64,000 nt of DNA from Lingula anatina (GCA_051362555.1 CM120648.1:9730587-9794586); one strand, 5' to 3'; shown: positions 26,011-38,915, numbered from the stretch's first letter. The notes: generated by a model not told the origin, from the sequence alone. Numbers and translations are program-made.

Positions 26011-28458
26011 AGGGTTTGCTTCATGCCGTCAGAATGGCCTGAACGGAACATATTCTTCAGAAAACATGCCCAACTAACGATATCTTTATCCAAATACACA
26101 AATTAAAAGCTCATTTTGTAAATTTTTGGCTTTAAAAAACGTCCTATTTGCTCGGCCTGGGAGTTAATGAGCTACGTGGTCACGTGGTCCAATGACGACA
26201 ATCGAGCCACTGGAGAACAGAGCGTGCTTAGCTGTCAAACTGAGCTGCATTGTCTACCTGTAAGATGACTTCTCTGGCTTTTGATAAAAGTTTATACTCA
26301 TTCAAATCTCTTACCCGAGGGGTCTAAATCCTCGTGAAGCTGTGTAAAACCATTTCCCGTCTAGTCATTTCTTTAACAAGCATTTCATTATGTTATCCCA
26401 AGTTGTATAAAACACTGCATTTGAATGAGTTAAGGGAAATGTTGATTATTGCTTATGAGGTCCATGTTATTTGTGAAATTCAATTTATTTTATTAAACCG
26501 CTGACACTCCGTCTTGCATACTTTTATTAAACTGAGGTAAACAATGCCCGTTACCTTTACAAGTCCTATCTTAATCATCCATCTAACTGGAACTTCCTTT
26601 ACCTCTTAATTAGAGGGTTAAACGGCATTCAATTTGTCTTGCTTGTATCGAACGCACTCTCTATCTAAGCTTTACTCCAGTTATCTCAGGTAAAAATCTA
26701 CCTGTGCGTTAGTTACAAAGCGCAGCTCCCGTAGACCTGGGGGTACTAGATAAAATCTGAACACCAGGTTTATCGAGGAGCTAGAGAAAGAAAGGAAGAA
26801 TTTTTCCTGCACAACTTCATAGGAATTTTAACACGGACTTGATCCAGCTTAGACCTCCAAACTAACAGGGTGACATGGGCAATTTTCACACACAAATCAT
26901 AAAACTATATTTCAGTTAACCGCCTTTAAAATAAATATACCGTTCTGGGTAAATTAAAATAGTTATTAAATCGCAAGAATATTTTTGACTTAAATGATGA
27001 TTTTATTATTAATGGAAATTAAGCTACTATATGAGGTACATTTACTGTGATTACGCTGTCCTTCATGTTTTGCGTAAGTCTACATTTTGCTGTATGTGCT
27101 TGTAATCTTTTTAAATATGTGCGTACAATTTTTGCAGGTCTGGTTACCCCCCTGTTATGTGATGAGAGTATTAATTTGGCAATTAGTTCCTTAGCTTATT
27201 TGAATAGAATTGCAGTGTAAAATTTTCAACAAGATGTTGGCGAAATAGCCCATTACTCTTTGTAGGTATTTCCCCCGTCAAAGTTTGTCTAAAATTATAT
27301 TTCAATCTTTACTCTTTCAAAGACAGTATAAAGTTACCTGACATATTTTCGTGTAAACTTAATGACAAGCCAAGTGTCTCCAGTTCATTCCGTACTCAAT
27401 TTTACCCAAGCAATTTTTTTTCTTGAGTAGATCTTTATAGCACGGTGTTATAAGCTTACAAATTTGCAAAAAAAAAATTGCGTACTGACGCAGAATTTGC
27501 GTTTCAAGTTATAAAATAATCAATCTTTTAAATTATTTAATATTTCAGATGAAATAATCTTCAGAAACAAATCTTCAAAGCATAAACGAATTAGGATAAC
27601 GAACCATTTTATTATAGCAGTTCCCATTTTTTCTTTAATATAACGCTCTTTTTCCTGTTTTTCCTCAACACGTTTTCTTCCACGGAAGCTTCAAGATACC
27701 CTGAGAGCAATTTATTTTATTAATGTTCGCGACCGTGTTTGAACTTAATTGTTTAAGTATTGATATTTAACGTCATTTACAAATACCAATAAAATAACCC
27801 CATGAAATAAATGAGATATATTGAAAAATATGAAAGCCCACCATACCTGTTATTACCTGGCTTGGGAATTGCAGCGGTGTATAATTAACAGGTTTGTTGT
27901 AAACGAGCTTTTGGTCAACTACAATGCATTTAAAATGCATCAGCAATCAGTAAGTTTGCCAACTGATGACAGTTAATCTGAAAGACTACCAGCTCTTGAT
28001 ATGATCTAAACCACCTGAGGTGACCATGATCTAGAGCATCGCAACTATTGTCACCAAAGTTAATAAGTAAGTCACAGAAGACCGTCACAGACAAAGAAAG
28101 ATTGTCAACGAGAGCTGCAATTTTGGTGAATCCCACGGCAACACACCGAGGCATAACGCAAATTCCTCAACTCCGTTCAACACAACTTTCCGTAACTTCT
28201 CCGTCTGTAAGCACCATGCAGCCCAGTTGGGTCTCATAGACCTTTATCGTGATTGTCGTCACAGTACCACGTGACCCAGATCTGTTGCTTCATTTTTGCA
28301 TATTGAGGTGAGGTTTACTAAAACGCTTTTTTTTCTACTAATAGATTGTTTTTATAATTTTTAAATGGCGGGGATCGATTAAAACATACCTCTAGTGTAT
28401 AGATTGAGTGCTGTATCTTCAAAATTCGAGAAATGGATTTTTACATGAACATTGTCCT
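26011..28458. mobile_element. 2.45-kb non-autonomous DNA transposon with TTAA TSD and AG...CT ends (Kolobok-like), copy 1
   Basis: gtg-TTAA-[agggtttgcttcatg...catgaacattgtcct]-TTAA-cacaaa. The empty site gtgttaacacaaa is at ~60779-60791. Confidence 0.85.
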
Positions 28459-28741
28459 TTAACACAAATTTTTGTCTATTTGTGGTAAATAATTAGCTCA
28501 TTTATCAATTTGATTAAAGGCATTAAACCGAGAAAAACAAGTGTATTTATCTGAAATATAAAATAAATCATCTGAACATGACACAGGGTTATTTAAGGTA
28601 TATTGTGCTTTTCTTGGCAAATGCTTTCAGGAGTGTTGCCTGCACCTGGTACTAAAATTAGCCCATATTGTATTACCGCAGAAATGATATCAAACCCAAT
28701 TTAAGTTACGGAGGAAACAGGAGTCAATTTATAAGCATCTT

Positions 28742-30221
28742 CAGGGGCGTAACCAGACCTTAAAAAATTGTACGCACAGATTTTTAAATTCCCAGCAAAA
28801 TGTAGACTAACGCAAGAGATGAAGGACAGCGTAATTACAGCATATCAGGGCCGTAGCCTGAGCAAAATTCCAGGGGGGTGGGGGGGCAGTAAGCGGACAC
28901 TAGGGGGCGGAGCCCCCGAGGGGGGAGGGTGTGGGAGGGGGTTTCCCCCTCCCACGATGTGGAAAATTTTTTAAAACTGTATGTATAATACTGCATTCTG
29001 GTGCATTTTAACTATTATTTATTGCTCAATCAGAAGTCAGAAATTTTGGGTTCATTTTGCCATAAGTACAGTCATTTTTTCAACACAACACGCCAATTGG
29101 ACTTCATTTCCTAAGGGAGGGTGAGCATTTTGGCATGAACTGAGTTGGCTAGAAACAGTACACCTTTGTAAACATATTGTTGAATGATTGTCTAGTGGCC
29201 ATGAGTGCATTTTCTCACGGAATTCAAACCAACTTTGCAATTATTTTTTTACCTCTGCGATTATTATTATTATTTATTTATTTTTTTTTTCTTTGCACCT
29301 CAAATCCCGGGGGGGGGGGGGCAGCTGCCCACATCGGAGGCTACAACCCTGCATGTGTATCATACATCGCAGCTTAATTTCCATTAATAATAAAATCATC
29401 ATTTAGTCAGAAATATTCTTGCAATTAAAAAAGTTTCAATATTCTTGTCACCCAGAACGGTATATTTATTTAAAAGGAGACTAGCTTCGCATATGTGTTA
29501 CCCCCTTCGAAAAATCCTGGATCCACCTCTGAGTTGAACTAACATACGGTTTCATTCACCTTACATGTGGATGCATGGTTCCCAAAACCAACCAATTGTA
29601 CGACACGACAGAGCTCTGATACATCTAAGTTTAATTATTTGTTTGTAAAAATTGCCCATGTCACCCTGTTAGTTTGGAGGGGTAAGCTGGGTCAAGTCCG
29701 TGTCAAAATTATTTGAAGTTTTGCAGGAAAAATTATTCCTTTGTTTCTCTAGCTCCTTCTTAAACCTGGTGTCCAGATTTTATCTAGTTCCCCCAGGGTT
29801 GCGGGATCGAGCTGCTCTTTGGAAATAACACTCAGGCAGATTTTTACCTGAGATGAATATAGCCAGTGAGAATGCCCTTGATATTCTGAAGAAAGATTGT
29901 ACAGAAGAGTTGAGGGCCTCTGAACCCTCCAATTAAGAGGTAAAGGATGTTCCAGTTAGATGGACGATTAAGATTGGACTTGTCAAGGTTACAGGCATTG
30001 TTAGCCTCAGTTTGCAAGACGGGGAGGGGGGGGGGGGGGTCAGAACAATTGTGCCTATACAATGGATACAGAGGATTTGTACATGCAGGTGACTTTAATA
30101 AGCAGAGGATTTTCTTTTATATTCCGTGAAAAATACACTAAATTTATATAAAATGATATCATGGTTGGCCAAAAAAATTGTACGCACAGTGCATCCGTGC
30201 GTATGCCTAGTTACGCCCATG
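28742..30221. mobile_element. 1.48-kb composite non-autonomous element, CAGGGGCGTAAC...GTTACGCCCATG, 5-bp TSD ATCTT, containing a nested CAGG-ended element (28846-~29352)
   Basis: ATCTT at 28737-28741 and 30222-30226; the empty site aagcatctttgcagac is at ~61058. The nested element is flanked by catat/catgt. Confidence 0.8.
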
Positions 30222-30250
30222 ATCTTTGCAGACATAACACCTATTCTTAA

Positions 30251-31715
30251 AGGATTTGCTTCATACCGTCAGAATGGCTTCAACGGAACATATTCTTCAG
30301 AAAACATGCCCAACTAACGATATCTTTATCCAAATACACAAATTAAAAGCTCATTTGTAATTGTTTGGCTTTAAAAAACGCCCTATTTGCTCGGCCTGGG
30401 AGTTAATGAGCTACGTGGTCACGTGGTCCGATGACGACAATCGAGCCACTGGAGAACAGAGCGTGCTTAGCTGTCAAACTGAGCTGCATTGTCTACCTGT
30501 AAGATGACTTCTCTGGCTTCTGATAAAAGTTTATACTCATTCAAATCTCTTACCCGAGGGGTATAAATCCTCGTGAAGCTGTGTAAAACCATTTCCCGTC
30601 TAGTCATTTCTTTAACAAGCATTTCATTATGGTTATCCCAAGTTGTATAAAACACTGCATTTGAATAAGTTAAGGGAAATGTTGATTATTGCATATGAGG
30701 TCCATGTTATTTGTGAAATTCAATTAATTTTATTAAACCGCTGACACTCCGTCTTGCATACTTTTATTAAACTGAGGTAAACAATGCCCGTTACCTTTAC
30801 AAGTCCTATCTTAATCATCCGACTAACTGGAACTTCCTTTACCTCTTAATTAGAGGGTTAAATGGCATTCAATTTGTCTTGCTTGTATCGAACGCACTCT
30901 CTATCTAAGCTTTACTCCAGTTATCTCAGGTAAAAATCTACCTGTGCGTTAGTTACAAAGCGCAGCTCCCGTAGACCTGGGGGTACTAGATAAAATCTGA
31001 ACACCAGGTTTATCGAGGAGCTAGAGAAAGAAAGGAAGAATTTTTCCTGCACAACTTCATAGGAATTTTAACACGGACTTGATCCAGCTTAGACCTCCAA
31101 ACTAACAGGGTGACATGGGCAATTTTCACAAACAAATCATAAAACTATATTTCAGTTAACCGTCTTTAAATTAATATACCGTTCTGGGTAAATTAAAATA
31201 GTTATTAAATCGCGAGAATATTTTTGACTTAAATGATGATTTTATTATTAATGGAAATTAAGCTACTATATGAGGTACATTTGCTGTGATTACGCTGTCC
31301 TTCATGTTTTGCGTAAGTCTACATTTTGCTGTATGTGCTTGTAATTTTTTTAAATATGTGCGTACAATTTTTGCAGGTCTGGTTACCCCCCTGTTATGTG
31401 ATGAGAGTATAAATTTGGCAATTTGTTCCTTAGCTTATTTGAATAGAATTGCAGTGTAAAATTTTCAACAAGACGTTGGCGAAATAGCCCATTACTCTTT
31501 GTAGGTATTTCCCCCGTCAAAGTTTGTCTAAAATTATCTTTCAATCTTTACTCTTTCAAAGACAGTATAAAGTTACCTGACATATTTTCGTGTTATTTTC
31601 GTGTAAACTTAATGACAAGCCAAGTGTCTCCAGTTCATTCCGTACTCAATTTTACCCAAGCAAATTTTTTTCTTGAGTAGATCTTTAGAGCACGGTGTTA
31701 TAAGCTTACAAATTT

Positions 31716-31753
<38 letters not shown>

Positions 31754-32742
31754 CGTACTGACGCAGAATTTGCGTTTCAAGTTATAAAATAATCAATCTT
31801 TTAAATTATTTAATATTTCAGATGAAATAATCTTCAGAAACAAATCCTCAAAGCATAAACGAATTAGGATAACGAACCATTTTATTACAGCAGTTCCCAT
31901 TTTTTCTTTAATGTAACGCTCTTTTTCCTGTTTTTCCTCAACACGTTTTCTTCCACGGAAGCTTCAAGATACCCTGAGAGCAATTTCTTTTATTAATGTT
32001 CGCGACAGTGTTTGAACTTAATTGTTTAAGTATTGATATTTAACGTCATTTACAAATACCAATAAAATAACCCCATGAAATAAATGATATATATTAAAAA
32101 ATATGAAAGCCCACCAAGACGAGTTTCATACCTGTTATTACCTGGCTTGGGAATTGCAGCGGTGCATAATTAACAGGTTTTATTGTTAACGAGCTCTTGG
32201 TCAACTACAATGAATTTAAAAATGCATCAGCAATTAGTAAGCTTGCCAACTGATGACAGTATCTTAAAGACTATCAGCTTTTGATATGATCTAAATCACC
32301 TGAGGTGACCGAGATCGCGAGGATCGCAACTATTGTCACCGAAGTTAGTAAGTTAGTCACGGAAGACCGTCACAGATAAAGAAAGATAGTCAAGGAGTGC
32401 TGCAATTTTGGTGAATCCCACGGCAACACACTGTTGCATAAAGAAAATTGCTCAACTCCGTTCAACACAACTTTCCAAAATTATTCTGTCTGTTTGCACC
32501 ATGCAGCTCAGTTGAGTCTCATAGACCTTTATCCCAACTGTCGTCACAGTACCGCGTGACCCAGATCTGTTGCTTCATTTATGCATATTGAGGTGAGGTT
32601 TACTAAAACGCTTTTTTACTACTAATAGATTGTTTTTATAATTTTTAAATGGCGGGGATCGATAAAAACATACCTCTAGTGTATAGATTGAGTGTTGAAT
32701 CTTCAAAATTCGAGAAATGGATTTTCATATGACCATTGTCCT
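30251..32742. mobile_element. Kolobok-like TTAA element, copy 2 (2.49 kb)
   Basis: ctattc-TTAA-[aggatttgcttcata...tatgaccattgtcct]-TTAA-gtaacgc. The corresponding empty site ctattctaaagtaacgc is at 61081. Highly similar to 26011-28458. Confidence 0.85.
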
Positions 32743-32906
32743 TTAAGTAACGCTCTTCATAGATCCTCTGCAGCCACATTTCTTCTTAGAACCTGTCAAG
32801 TTCACAGTTCCATCTGAAATGAGCATACATGTGAATCTATTTAAAATCCATCTGGCAAATATGCCATTTTTATCTGTTTATTTATTTATTTATTTATTTG
32901 TTTATT

Positions 32907-32956
<50 letters not shown>

Positions 32957-33858
32957 AAAATTAGGTAAAGATATTTCGCTGAATTAATTGGTTTTGTTGG
33001 GGTTCTGAGGGCTGCATGAAATTAAATAGCGACATTCATGCAATTTCATAACATCGTCGGTTGGTGTTTAGCTCAGTGCGTATGTGCATTGGTAAAGCAA
33101 CTCGAGTGGTGTCCCAATTACGGACACCGCCATCCTCTGGTTAATTTATAACTTAATGGCCAACATTATATTAATTCACATTTCCGACCGCTTCTCCGAA
33201 ATGGAAAACTCGAAATAAGACACCGCATTTACACCCACTGTTTTTTTGGACAGAAACCACCAGATAATTTCCCATTGACGACCATTCTAAGAAATGCCTG
33301 CAAAACTGCATGAACAAAATTACTGAGTGATTTTCATCCCCATGGATTGCAGACACACTGACATAACTCTCAATAGCACAAAAATATACTGTCACAAGAC
33401 ATTATTTCTGACCGGCATTACTTGAACATGTGCACCCTTCTGTTTGTAAACAAACCACTACACCACTCACAGTCAGTAGCCCCCTCCGCCACAGGTCTCC
33501 CGACTGCACCGCACCTGTGCCTGGTCCTGAAAAAAAAAAATAAATAAATAAAAAAAATAAAATAAAAAAAAATAAAAAAAACTGGCAGAGGTTTACACCC
33601 TAGCCTGCTAGCTGATACCAAAATTAACCCAAGCAACACACAAGAAATACCAGGAAAAAACGGAAAAAAGCACTAATTTTCTATAACATTCGCTTATTGA
33701 CCGATTTAGTGGTTTCTTCAGTCAGGTATTGGCCTATTTAGTGGTTTCTGCCCTTCTGTCAAATGATGTCTCGAAATGCATCTAACTCATTGGCTAAGAT
33801 GGATGCAACGCTGCTTGTGGGTTGTGACATAAATTCTACCAAGGGGTCGTGAGCGGAA

Positions 33859-33892
33859 TATATAATTCAACGAACAATGCTCTTTGTCACAC
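33859..33892 (+). promoter_or_regulatory. TATA-like box (TATATAA) with Inr-like TCAC 30 nt downstream, repeat-protein gene A
   Basis: TATATAA at 33859-33865, tcAc at 33887-33890 and ATG at 33914. The same spacing occurs at 45855 and 62185. Confidence 0.55.
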
Positions 33893-33913
33893 ATTTCTTT
33901 ATTCGGAAACACG

Positions 33914-35774
33914 ATGATCATCCGCATTACTTTATGCATACTGGCCTTAGTTCACCCGACGGCTGTGCTGCTCATAATTCTAGAAAATGGTCACACCGCT
34001 GGATCCACACAAGAGTCACCCAATTTAGAGATCTGGCCACTTGCGAGATCCACTAGGGAAACACCCTTTTCTGGAAGTGCAGTGCCTGAAGAGACAACGA
34101 TGACTACCCCGAATGAGGGTGAAATGCACGAGGGAATCACGCATGAATCGGCCACTACTGAGGGTGAAATGCACGAGGGCATCACGCAGGAATCGGTCAC
34201 TACTGAAGGTGGAATACACGAGGGCATCACGCAGGAATCGGCCACTACTGAGGGTGAAATGCACGAGGGAATCACGCAGGAATCGGCCACTAATGAGGGT
34301 GAAATGCACGAGGGCATCACACAGGAATCGGCCACTACTGAGGGTGAAATGCACGAGGGAATCACGCTGGAATCGGCTACTACTGAGGGTGAAATGCACG
34401 AGGGAATCACGCTGGAATCGGCCACTACGGAGGGTGAAATGCAAGAGGGCATCACGCAGGAATCGGCCACTACTGAAGGTGGAATACACGAGGGCATCAC
34501 GCAGGAATCGGCCACTACTGAGGGTGAAATGCACGAGGGCATCACGCAGGAATCGGCCACTACTGAGGGTGAAATGCACGAGGGCATCACACAGGAATCG
34601 GCCACTACTGAGGGTGAAATGCACGAGGGAATCACGCAGGAATCGCCCACTACTGATCATGAGAGTGAAATGAACGAGGGAATCACACAAGAATCGGTCA
34701 CTACTGAGGGTAGAAATCACGGAGGAATCACGCTGGAGCCGTTAAATCAAGAGGATATCCTACCTGAAAGATCGAACAACAGCAGTAAATCCTCAGAATC
34801 AGCGAATAGGTCCTCTTCTTTCTCTGACGAGAGTCTGCCTGCGAACAAATGGCTATGTGTACTTCAGGGAAAACGTGTTAACAGCATCAAGGTCCTCTGC
34901 AACTGTGACCCTCTGTGCGTCTTGTATGGCGACTGCTGTTATGGACTGACTGAAAACACGACGGTGTGCGCCGCCTCTGTCAGATTAACAACGGCGAAAA
35001 GTACCTTGCAACATGTAGCAACTCCTGCATGGAATATAACAGAAACTCCCAGTAGTAACACCACTTCTACTGCATCTTCTAACAAAACATGGACAAGGCA
35101 GAAAAAACAAGTCGACCCTGCGGCTATTTTTTTGGCACATAAAAGCTCTTGTAGAAGAAGCCCAGCATTACTCCGACAAAACCAGCAAACCAACTTACCC
35201 TATATGGACAATTTTGGACTGAGTTTTTGGATGGTTGACGAATGCCCGTCATCTTGGAAAGAAGAGGAAAGTCGCATCAAGTGTACTGATGCATCAAATG
35301 CCAGTCTCTCAGAGGACGCCATCTTGCAGCGGCCAGTCACCGACCCAGCTACAATGCTCACCTTCAGAAACAAGTACTGTGCAGCGTGTAATGGTATCGC
35401 AAACGGCTGGGACCCGTGGGAACTTGTCGTCTTCTGCCTGGGGGAAGACGCTGGGCATTTTGCTAATTGCAGGTCCTCATCTTGTGTTATAAGAAAACTG
35501 GAAGCTGTCGGTTGCAGTGGTACGTTTGAGCCCAAACAGGAGTGGAATGTGAAGACGTGCTTCCGGGACGTTGAGAACCCTGCGTTTGGTCCTTGTCGGT
35601 TCAGATATACCAATGGAAGTCCATATCGTTTGCCTCGTCCACTTCCTCTGCACTCAGCCTTACGAGATGCCTGTATGGCGTACAACAACCCTGTTGTCAT
35701 AAGCGGCTCGGATCAAAGTTACAAGAACGTTCACTGTATACTTTGTTATGTAGGTCCAGTTAAAGTCTGCGAAG
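33914..35774 (+). CDS. Repeat/SMB/Cys-rich surface protein A, exon 1
   Basis: Signal-like MIIRITLCILALVHPTAVLLII, ~14 x EGEMHEGITQESATT, SMB-like CNCDPLCVLYGDCC, and a CPSSW...PVT...TFRNKYCAACN...YKNVHCILC domain. Donor g|gtaagt. Confidence 0.9.
34115..34740 (+). repeat. 45-bp coding tandem repeat, 13 full units plus a partial
   Basis: Unit gagggtgaaatgcacgagggaatcacgcaggaatcggccactact; unit 13 is preceded by a DH insertion. Confidence 0.95.
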
Positions 35775-36671
35775 GTAAGTGGTGCGTTTTGTTGTTCCTT
35801 TTTCTAAATTTATCTTTTGAATAGTATAGGTGATTCATTTCCGTTCTCCTGTAGTAGCAAGCAAAACTGGATAGGGGTAATTTTCCAAAAGTAAATTTAC
35901 TGCCGAGCATCGCTTAAAGATCTACGTAGAGCTACGTAGGTTTCATTGGGATCGAATGAGCTCTAAGACGTTAAGGATTCTATTCCATTTTAGCGAGTGT
36001 GAAATATATATGTCCCAATAGATCCAAAGTAATTACCTCATACCTTGTCCGTGACTTGAAGATTTAGACTGGAACCTTCTTCCTTTCAATTTGATGGGTT
36101 AGCCAGCCAATATGAGCAATCAAATTGACGCCTTCTCTCTTGTGACCTTGACCGTTACTACCATAAGAAAGCTAGAAGAGCACGAGTCAGTACTACTAAG
36201 CAACCCAGTAACTCCCATCAAAATGTCAAGGTCAAATTTGCCTTATTACCGGCAATATATGTCTTCCTATTGTTTTAGGAGTTATAAATTGTTCCGAAAG
36301 GACAGAATTATGCCTTTTACTGACGCCTTATGAAAGATTGGCACATTTAGTGTGGTTAGCGGTCATCAGTGTAATTATTTTAGACTTTGTAAAACAAAAC
36401 TTTTATACATAAATTACACTTGCAAATATGGAAAAACGTTTGACACTATATTGAGGAACACATTATAGAATATACTTGGTAATTTCTATCCCAAGAGGAA
36501 AGTTTTACTAGTAGGCTATCATTACACAACCGTATTCTGATTTAACTGAGCGACCGGGCTCACAATCGAGTCTTGAAGCATTGGTTGATTCGAGAAAGCT
36601 TACAATGTTCCCCCCTCCCCCCCCCCAAAAAAAAAAACTGTAACTAAGTAACTGTTCAATGTTATATTCAG

Positions 36672-36778
36672 ATCAGAGCTCCGCAACGTCGAATTCGAAA
36701 TTCGATGGCTTCTCTTTCCGCTCTCTGTTGCACGTCGGAGATCAAGACAGAAAACAAATGAACGACCTCATGGATTTG
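36672..36778 (+). CDS. Protein A exon 2 (DQSSATSNSKFDGFSFRSLLHVGDQDRKQMNDLMDL)
   Basis: tcag|at...ttg|gtgaga; 107 nt, phase 1 to 0. Conserved at 51334-51440. Confidence 0.85.
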
Positions 36779-37048
36779 GTGAGAAAGCAAATTACGATAA
36801 AGATATAACGATGATGATAATAAAAATTGCAAATTAACAAACAGATTAGGGACTGTTACTCTACTAATTCTTTCCCGAGTTTATGTTAACATTTTAATAT
36901 CATTAGTGCCAGCAGTTCTGTGTTGGTTTTATGGTCTTAGACTGCCGGTATCGTAAATACATGAACCTTAGCTCAACTGTTGTGTTGCTATTTGTTATTG
37001 AATAGTATAAATGTTCCACAAATCCGCACACGTTCTCTTTTTCTCCAG

Positions 37049-37618
37049 GCTATAGATCAGGAGCTTTGTCCCATTGGGTATGTTCCAGATGACCAGGGCT
37101 GCCGCCCTATTCTGTATAATTTCACGGTATTAAAGTCAACGGTTTACTTGAATTTTGAACCCTGCGGCTGGATTCCAACACCGGGGAATGGTTGTACGAA
37201 TATAGTCCGTGATGGTCGAATGAGAAATGTACTGCAAACCGTGAATGCGCGTATTGTTTCCTGCAGTCCGAAACACAGCGGGGAGAACTCGTCCTTCACT
37301 TTCCTCGTTCAAACTTTGCTCATCCTTCACGCGAGACTTGCAAACTACGAGGAAGGTCGTAACGTTTTCGACCAAGTACAAACATGGATGGAAAACGCTC
37401 TGCGAAATGTGCAGTTGGATATTCCCGGTGGACCCGTAGGGATACGTACAGCGTCGTTCTCTGCTTGCTCGGCGAACGCCACGAAAGACGGCTCCGTGAC
37501 GCCATTTTATGGTGCGACCACGATCTCAACCCCAAAGCAGAACCGAGGAAACATTCAAGCCGGTACCAAAAGACTTTTGATGCTAATGGCGATGGTGACA
37601 GCGGTTTGGGCTTTCTAG
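37049..37618 (+). CDS. Protein A exon 3, ending in a GPI-signal-like tail; spliced product ~845 aa
   Basis: ccag|gct ata gat; LCPIGY...GCRP motif; C-terminus RGNIQAGTKRLLMLMAMVTAVWAF*. AATAAA at 37680. Confidence 0.85.
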   Translation, partial: AIDQELCPIGYVPDDQGCRPILYNFTVLKSTVYLNFEPCGWIPTPGNGCTNIVRDGRMRNVLQTVNARIVSCSPKHSGENSSFTFLVQTLLILHARLANYEEGRNVFDQVQTWMENALRNVQLDIPGGPVGIRTASFSACSANATKDGSVTPFYGATTISTPKQNRGNIQAGTKRLLMLMAMVTAVWAF

Positions 37619-38799
37619 GTATGAAAAAAGAAGCCCATTAAAGGATAAATGTAGGGTTGGGCACTGATTTGGCCTTGTGAATAAACACTTGGATATTTAA
37701 ATATAAATTGTTGTAATTTTTTTGTTTAGTTAAATAATAACGGTTATATCATCTATTTGATTTTTTTTATTTGCCCAGAACTTTGGCGTTTTAAAAGGTA
37801 CATACGAATCGAGCATCGGTGGAGCGTGGATTTCCAGTAACGCAAGTAAACCACTTCTACTATATAGTTTCTTATACGACTCAAATAAATTCGACATGCC
37901 AAGGGATAGTCTGAAAAGATCACTCGATCAGCCATTTAAGAGATCTAGACTGCTCCTTTCTTTAAATTTTTGGTCGGAAATTTAACCTACTTTCGTGACC
38001 TACTTTTCTGCCCCATTGACATACAGCAGAGAATGCTAGCAGAAAAATCCTTTCTAACATCATTTTCGGGTAAAATAAATCAATGTCTTTTAGTAATTCT
38101 CTTAGTTATACTCCTTGAAACTATACACTGGCATTTGGTTGGTTTTTGTGACAAAAAATTGACTTTGTATGCATCTTTAAAGCCACCTATCTTACATTCT
38201 GAATGTTGAGGGTATTTATAGACCGTATCTAACAGTAGGTTGGCATGGTATGATTATTACGAGTTTTATAGCAAAAGCATCCATTTTGTAGCAACAATTC
38301 ATCCCTTTGTTACTTTTAAGTATTAAAATCGATATTTGAGAAGGAATACTCAGTATTATGGATTTTGCTTATTAACCATGTTGGTGAATCATTCTATATT
38401 GAATTTTTATCATTTGTCCACACCACAAATTAGTTTTGATTCAATTTAACAGTAACAAGACCTCCACTCTTGCTAAAATTATGAAATATTTCAAAAGGAT
38501 ATTTTATCTGCTATTTCAGAGTTTAAACGATTTCAAAATACATTGTTTTACAGGCACATCAGTGTTTTGATATAATATTTTGTTCAAATTACAGTATATA
38601 TGGTATTTTAAAAAATTAACTTGGTAAATTAGCGGCAATTTGTATGGGAAAGCAAATTTAATGTTCAAGGAAGCCTGAAATGGCGAAGGTAATGCTATGC
38701 AATGAGTTATTTTATCACAGTGACGGTGTCTCGTAGCAAGAATTAGCTGCCATAGACATGATCCATTGTTCGAGGCACTGACTCTGTTGATGCTCAGTG

Positions 38800-38915
38800 T
38801 ACCTTTGGCTGAGATTTGCCCACTCCTCGATAAAAGCTTTTCTCAGCTCATCCAGTGTACCCCCTGGGCTTTGAAACAAGGCATTGACTTTGTCACCCTT
38901 CTTATCCGCAGGACG
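38800..38915 (-). mobile_element. Tc1-like transposase C-terminal remnant (second copy at ~53460-53575)
   Basis: TLDELRxAxIEEWANLS and IRRVTKSMP..CFKAHGG resemble the Tc1 C-terminal ELxxAxxEEWxxI...SMPxRCxAxIxAxGG. Confidence 0.55.

Noticed and set aside
33884-33913. Upstream non-ATG starts in the ORF track (MSHISLFGNT) and read-through past exon ends (...GKWCVLLFLFLNLSFE)
   Set aside because: TTG/GTG starts are a prokaryotic calling artefact; the real ATG is 33914 (45910, 62240). The apparent hydrophobic tail follows a gtaagt donor and is intronic, although an intron-retained isoform cannot be excluded.
34115-34740. CRISPR-like regularly spaced repeats
   Set aside because: There are no unique spacers or cas genes; this is a eukaryotic coding tandem repeat.
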